Shown: positions 61,275 to 64,000 of the stretch, in pieces | Position numbering within the stretch: position 1 is the first letter of the stretch | How the letters are laid out: every line of letters begins with the position of its first letter | The notes under the pieces: generated by a model | Seen by the model: the letters and a program-made list of their open reading frames with translations, nothing else | Database searches by the model: none | Told to the model about the DNA's origin: nothing | Source: Macrostomum hystrix | Lineage: Eukaryota; Animalia; Platyhelminthes | Direction of reading: 5' to 3' | Assembly: GCA_950097015.1 (NCBI GenBank) | Contig: CATNEN010000039.1 | Coordinates: 18,724,001-18,788,000 of the forward strand | Length of the DNA: 64,000 nucleotides | Translations under genes and position numbers: made by a program

Positions 61275-63538
61275 TCATTGCTCGGCCTCCGATGACTGTG
61301 AACTCAACTGACGCCTGCCCGAAAGGCGACTGAGCGATCGACTGACGGTGCTTCGAATCCGCGTGAAAGACGTCGTCCGGTGTGGAAGTTCCTGCTTGCT
61401 GTCTGGAATCTGATACTGCTGCTGCTGCTGCTGTTTCTCCTCTTTTAACGTGTCCGCAAGAGCTGTCGTCGCCCTCATGTCCAGCTCACAATAGGCCACC
61501 TGTGAACATCTCGCCCGACAACCGCTAGATTCGCAGCAGATTGAATTTTTAATCAGGATGCTGCAGTCAGAGCCGGCCATAGAGCAATCCAGTTGAGCAT
61601 AGTTGAGGACCTGCTGCTGATTTGTCAACGATGCCGGACCTGTGTGAAACCTGAGCAGCAAGGGAACAGGTTCTTGCTACTAATTAACCACTTCTCAATA
61701 TGATTGTTAAGTCCTGTTCCAATACGGCTGTTCAGTCCATGGACTGGGGGGGACGCCACACCCACGTTTAATTATCCCAGCTGATGCTGGTACCCATTTA
61801 ACAGCTGGGTGAACTGAAGCAATGCAGAGTTAAGTGTCTTGCTAAAGAACACAAATTGTTCCATTGGAGTCAGGAATCGAACCTCCGACCTTAAATTCGT
61901 GAGTCCGAAGCTCTAACCACAACGCCACAACCTCAATCCTCCCAATCCTCAATCCTCCCAATCCTCAATCCTCACAATCCTCAATCCTCACAATCCTCAA
62001 TCCTCACAGATCTCAATCCTCAATCCTTTTATTAATTTTTTGTCGTTATCCTTCCTATCACAATCAACATTTTGATGATTCTCAATATTGAGTGCTCAAA
62101 TGATACATATTAATGGAAACTGATTCCTTTACAAAAAGAAATGAAAAAACTGTAACGAAATCAGCATACTTCTTTTCTAAGGCCTGCTGCTGCTGCTTCT
62201 GCTCGGCCACCACTGCCGGCAGTCCTTCTCCAGTGGAAAAGTCGATATCCATATAGTTGAGTCTTGGATCCAATAGCTCCGGATCCTGAGCTGGCATGCC
62301 GATTGGCAGATTGGCATACTCGTGGCAGGTCTTCGCTGTCAAGCCATGATTGATTGGCAGGTTGACATAGTTTCTGACGCCAAAGACCTGCGGCGTCTTT
62401 GTTAACATAGCCGATGGCTCAGTGGGGTTCTCCGTTGTGTCTGGAAAAAATAGGAATGTAGCGAGCGGGGGCAGAGGGACTTCGACGACTTGGCATCGCC
62501 AAAAAGAGAGCTAGACAAAAATATTTGCAAGCGGAGAAAAATGTCTGGCCACTGTACTTTTGTTGCCGAATACGCTAGATCCCAAAAACAGGACCTGGGA
62601 TTTGGGGAACTATTTCTAGGAATGGAAAACACACTTGAAGGGATTGCAACTTAATGCCGTGCTAGAACAGTTTCAAACTTTATCGATACAAATCTAGGTT
62701 GTAACAACCAAAGGTACGCTAAGCTCTCTACGCTCGTAGTACTGGATCTACCCCATCTACCCCGATTCTACCCCATCTACCCCGATTCTAGCCCATCTAC
62801 CCCGATTCTACCCCATCTACCCCGATTCTAGCCCATCTACCCCGATTCTACCCCATCTACCCCGATTCTAGCCCATCTACCCCGATTCTACCCCATCTAC
62901 CCCGATTCTACCCCATCTACCCCGATTCTAGCCCATCTACCCCGATTCTACCCCATCTACCCCGATTCTACCCCATCTACCCCGATTCTAGCCCATCTAC
63001 CCCGATTCTACCCCATCTACCCCGATTCTACCCCATCTACCCCGATTCTACCCCATCTACCCCGATTATACCCCATCTACCCTGATTCTCTACCCCGATT
63101 CTACCCCATCTACCCTGATTCTCTACCCCGATTCTACCCCATCTACCCTGATTCTCTACCCCGATTCTACCCCATCTACCCTGATACTACCCCACTTACC
63201 ATGATTCTACCCCATCTACCCTGATTTTACCCCATCTACCCTAATTCTACCCTCTCTACCACCGATTCTAACTGTCTACCTCTATTCTATCCTGTCCACC
63301 CCCGATTCTACCCTGTGTAACTCCGATTCTACCCCGTGTAACTCCGATTCTACCCTGTCTACCCTATTTTCTACCCTGTCTACCAGCTATATTCTACCCT
63401 GTCTACCCCACGATTCTACTTTGTCTACCTCACGGCCTCACCGATTTCTTCAAAGCGTGGCGCTGACTCCTCGTTAGCAGCTCCATCTTGAGCATCACTG
63501 TCATCGTTGCTAGAGGCCAGGCAAGCGCAGAGTCCCAT
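61275..63538 (-). CDS. Lipid-anchored FRS2/FRS3-like docking adaptor, about 247 aa, no PTB domain evident
   Basis: Exons 63538-63442, 62440-62170, 61650-61275 (744 nt, phases 1 and 2 match). MGLCAC myristoyl/palmitoyl N-terminus; Grb2-type YVNL and YANL; SHP2-type NYMDIDF, NYAQLD, AYCELD followed by MRATTAL, resembling the FRS2 C-terminal YAVIDIERTAAM. Confidence 0.72.
61700..61928 (-). mobile_element. SINE family B in intron 2 of the FRS2-like gene
   Basis: Reverse complement GTGGTTAGAGCTTCGGAC..GGTTCGATTCCTGACTCCAATGGAA..GCAAGACACTTAACTCTGCATTGCTTCAGTTCACCCAGCTGTTAAATGGGTACC. Confidence 0.82.
61930..62027. repeat. Short tandem repeat, 16 bp CAATCCTCAATCCTC(C/A)
   Basis: About 6 copies abutting the SINE B head. 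Confidence 0.88.
62745..63430. repeat. Minisatellite, 20 bp CCCGATTCTA(C/G)CCCATCTAC (FRS2-like intron 1)
   Basis: About 33 copies, decaying toward the donor. Confidence 0.96.
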
Positions 63539-64000
63539 TGTTAAGCGCCGACTCCTTCTAGCCAATCTATTCGACTGTCCAGTCCCAATCGATTGGCTAC
63601 AGCTTTTCTTATTTGGCTGCATCAGACCTGGCAGATTGTTTGCAGTCCTCCTCAAATACAGATAACCGCTTCTTTATCTTAGGCTATGCAAAGACAACCC
63701 CGTTCTTATCAGAAGATTTGAAAACTATCTTTTTTTCCAGATTGTCTTTCTCTACCCCGTCTGTCTTCTTTGCTGTATCTCTGACCAACCGACCCCATTC
63801 GACACTGTCATTGGCTATCAGACTTGCAACTAGTCAGGGCTTGAAAAATGTAATTCTTCGACCCCAACACAATAACTCCAGTGCTGGTTAGTTAGAATTG
63901 ACAGCACTATTATCTAAGACAATAGAAGTTTGTAGATGAGTAAATTGGCGACTTCAAGCTGCAGAAACACTAAGAAAAAATTAAATTAAACTTAAAATAT

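Noticed and set aside
62402-62632. Hidden PTB exon of the FRS2-like gene
   Set aside because: Only a faint W-x-x-x-x-LR resemblance, out of frame with the next exon, and no RYG or FSFESGR motifs.

Overview
Eukaryotic (animal) genomic DNA with spliceosomal GT-AG introns. The style (dense, unrelated minisatellites covering roughly 40% of the window by my rough tally, CAG/GCC-rich coding sequence) suggests a free-living flatworm such as Macrostomum; this is an inference. I reconstructed seven genes by hand with phase-consistent splice sites: a class A peptide-type GPCR (-), a two-TM NIT-like guanylyl cyclase (-), CDC5L (+), IRF2BP (+), jagunal/JAGN1 (-), an inversin/ANKRD55-like ankyrin protein with polyQ tail (+), and a myristoylated FRS2-like adaptor that appears to lack its PTB domain (-). 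There are also two tRNA-derived SINE families, two short TIR elements and about 28 tandem arrays. The most unusual signal is how the arrays relate to gene structure. Several intronic arrays have units that grade into the actual 5' or 3' splice site. Neighbouring introns often carry sister arrays around one exon. In the cyclase gene the sister arrays are inverted around the in-frame 99-nt exon that encodes catalytic residues. Most long ORFs in the supplied track are artefacts of stop-free repeats.
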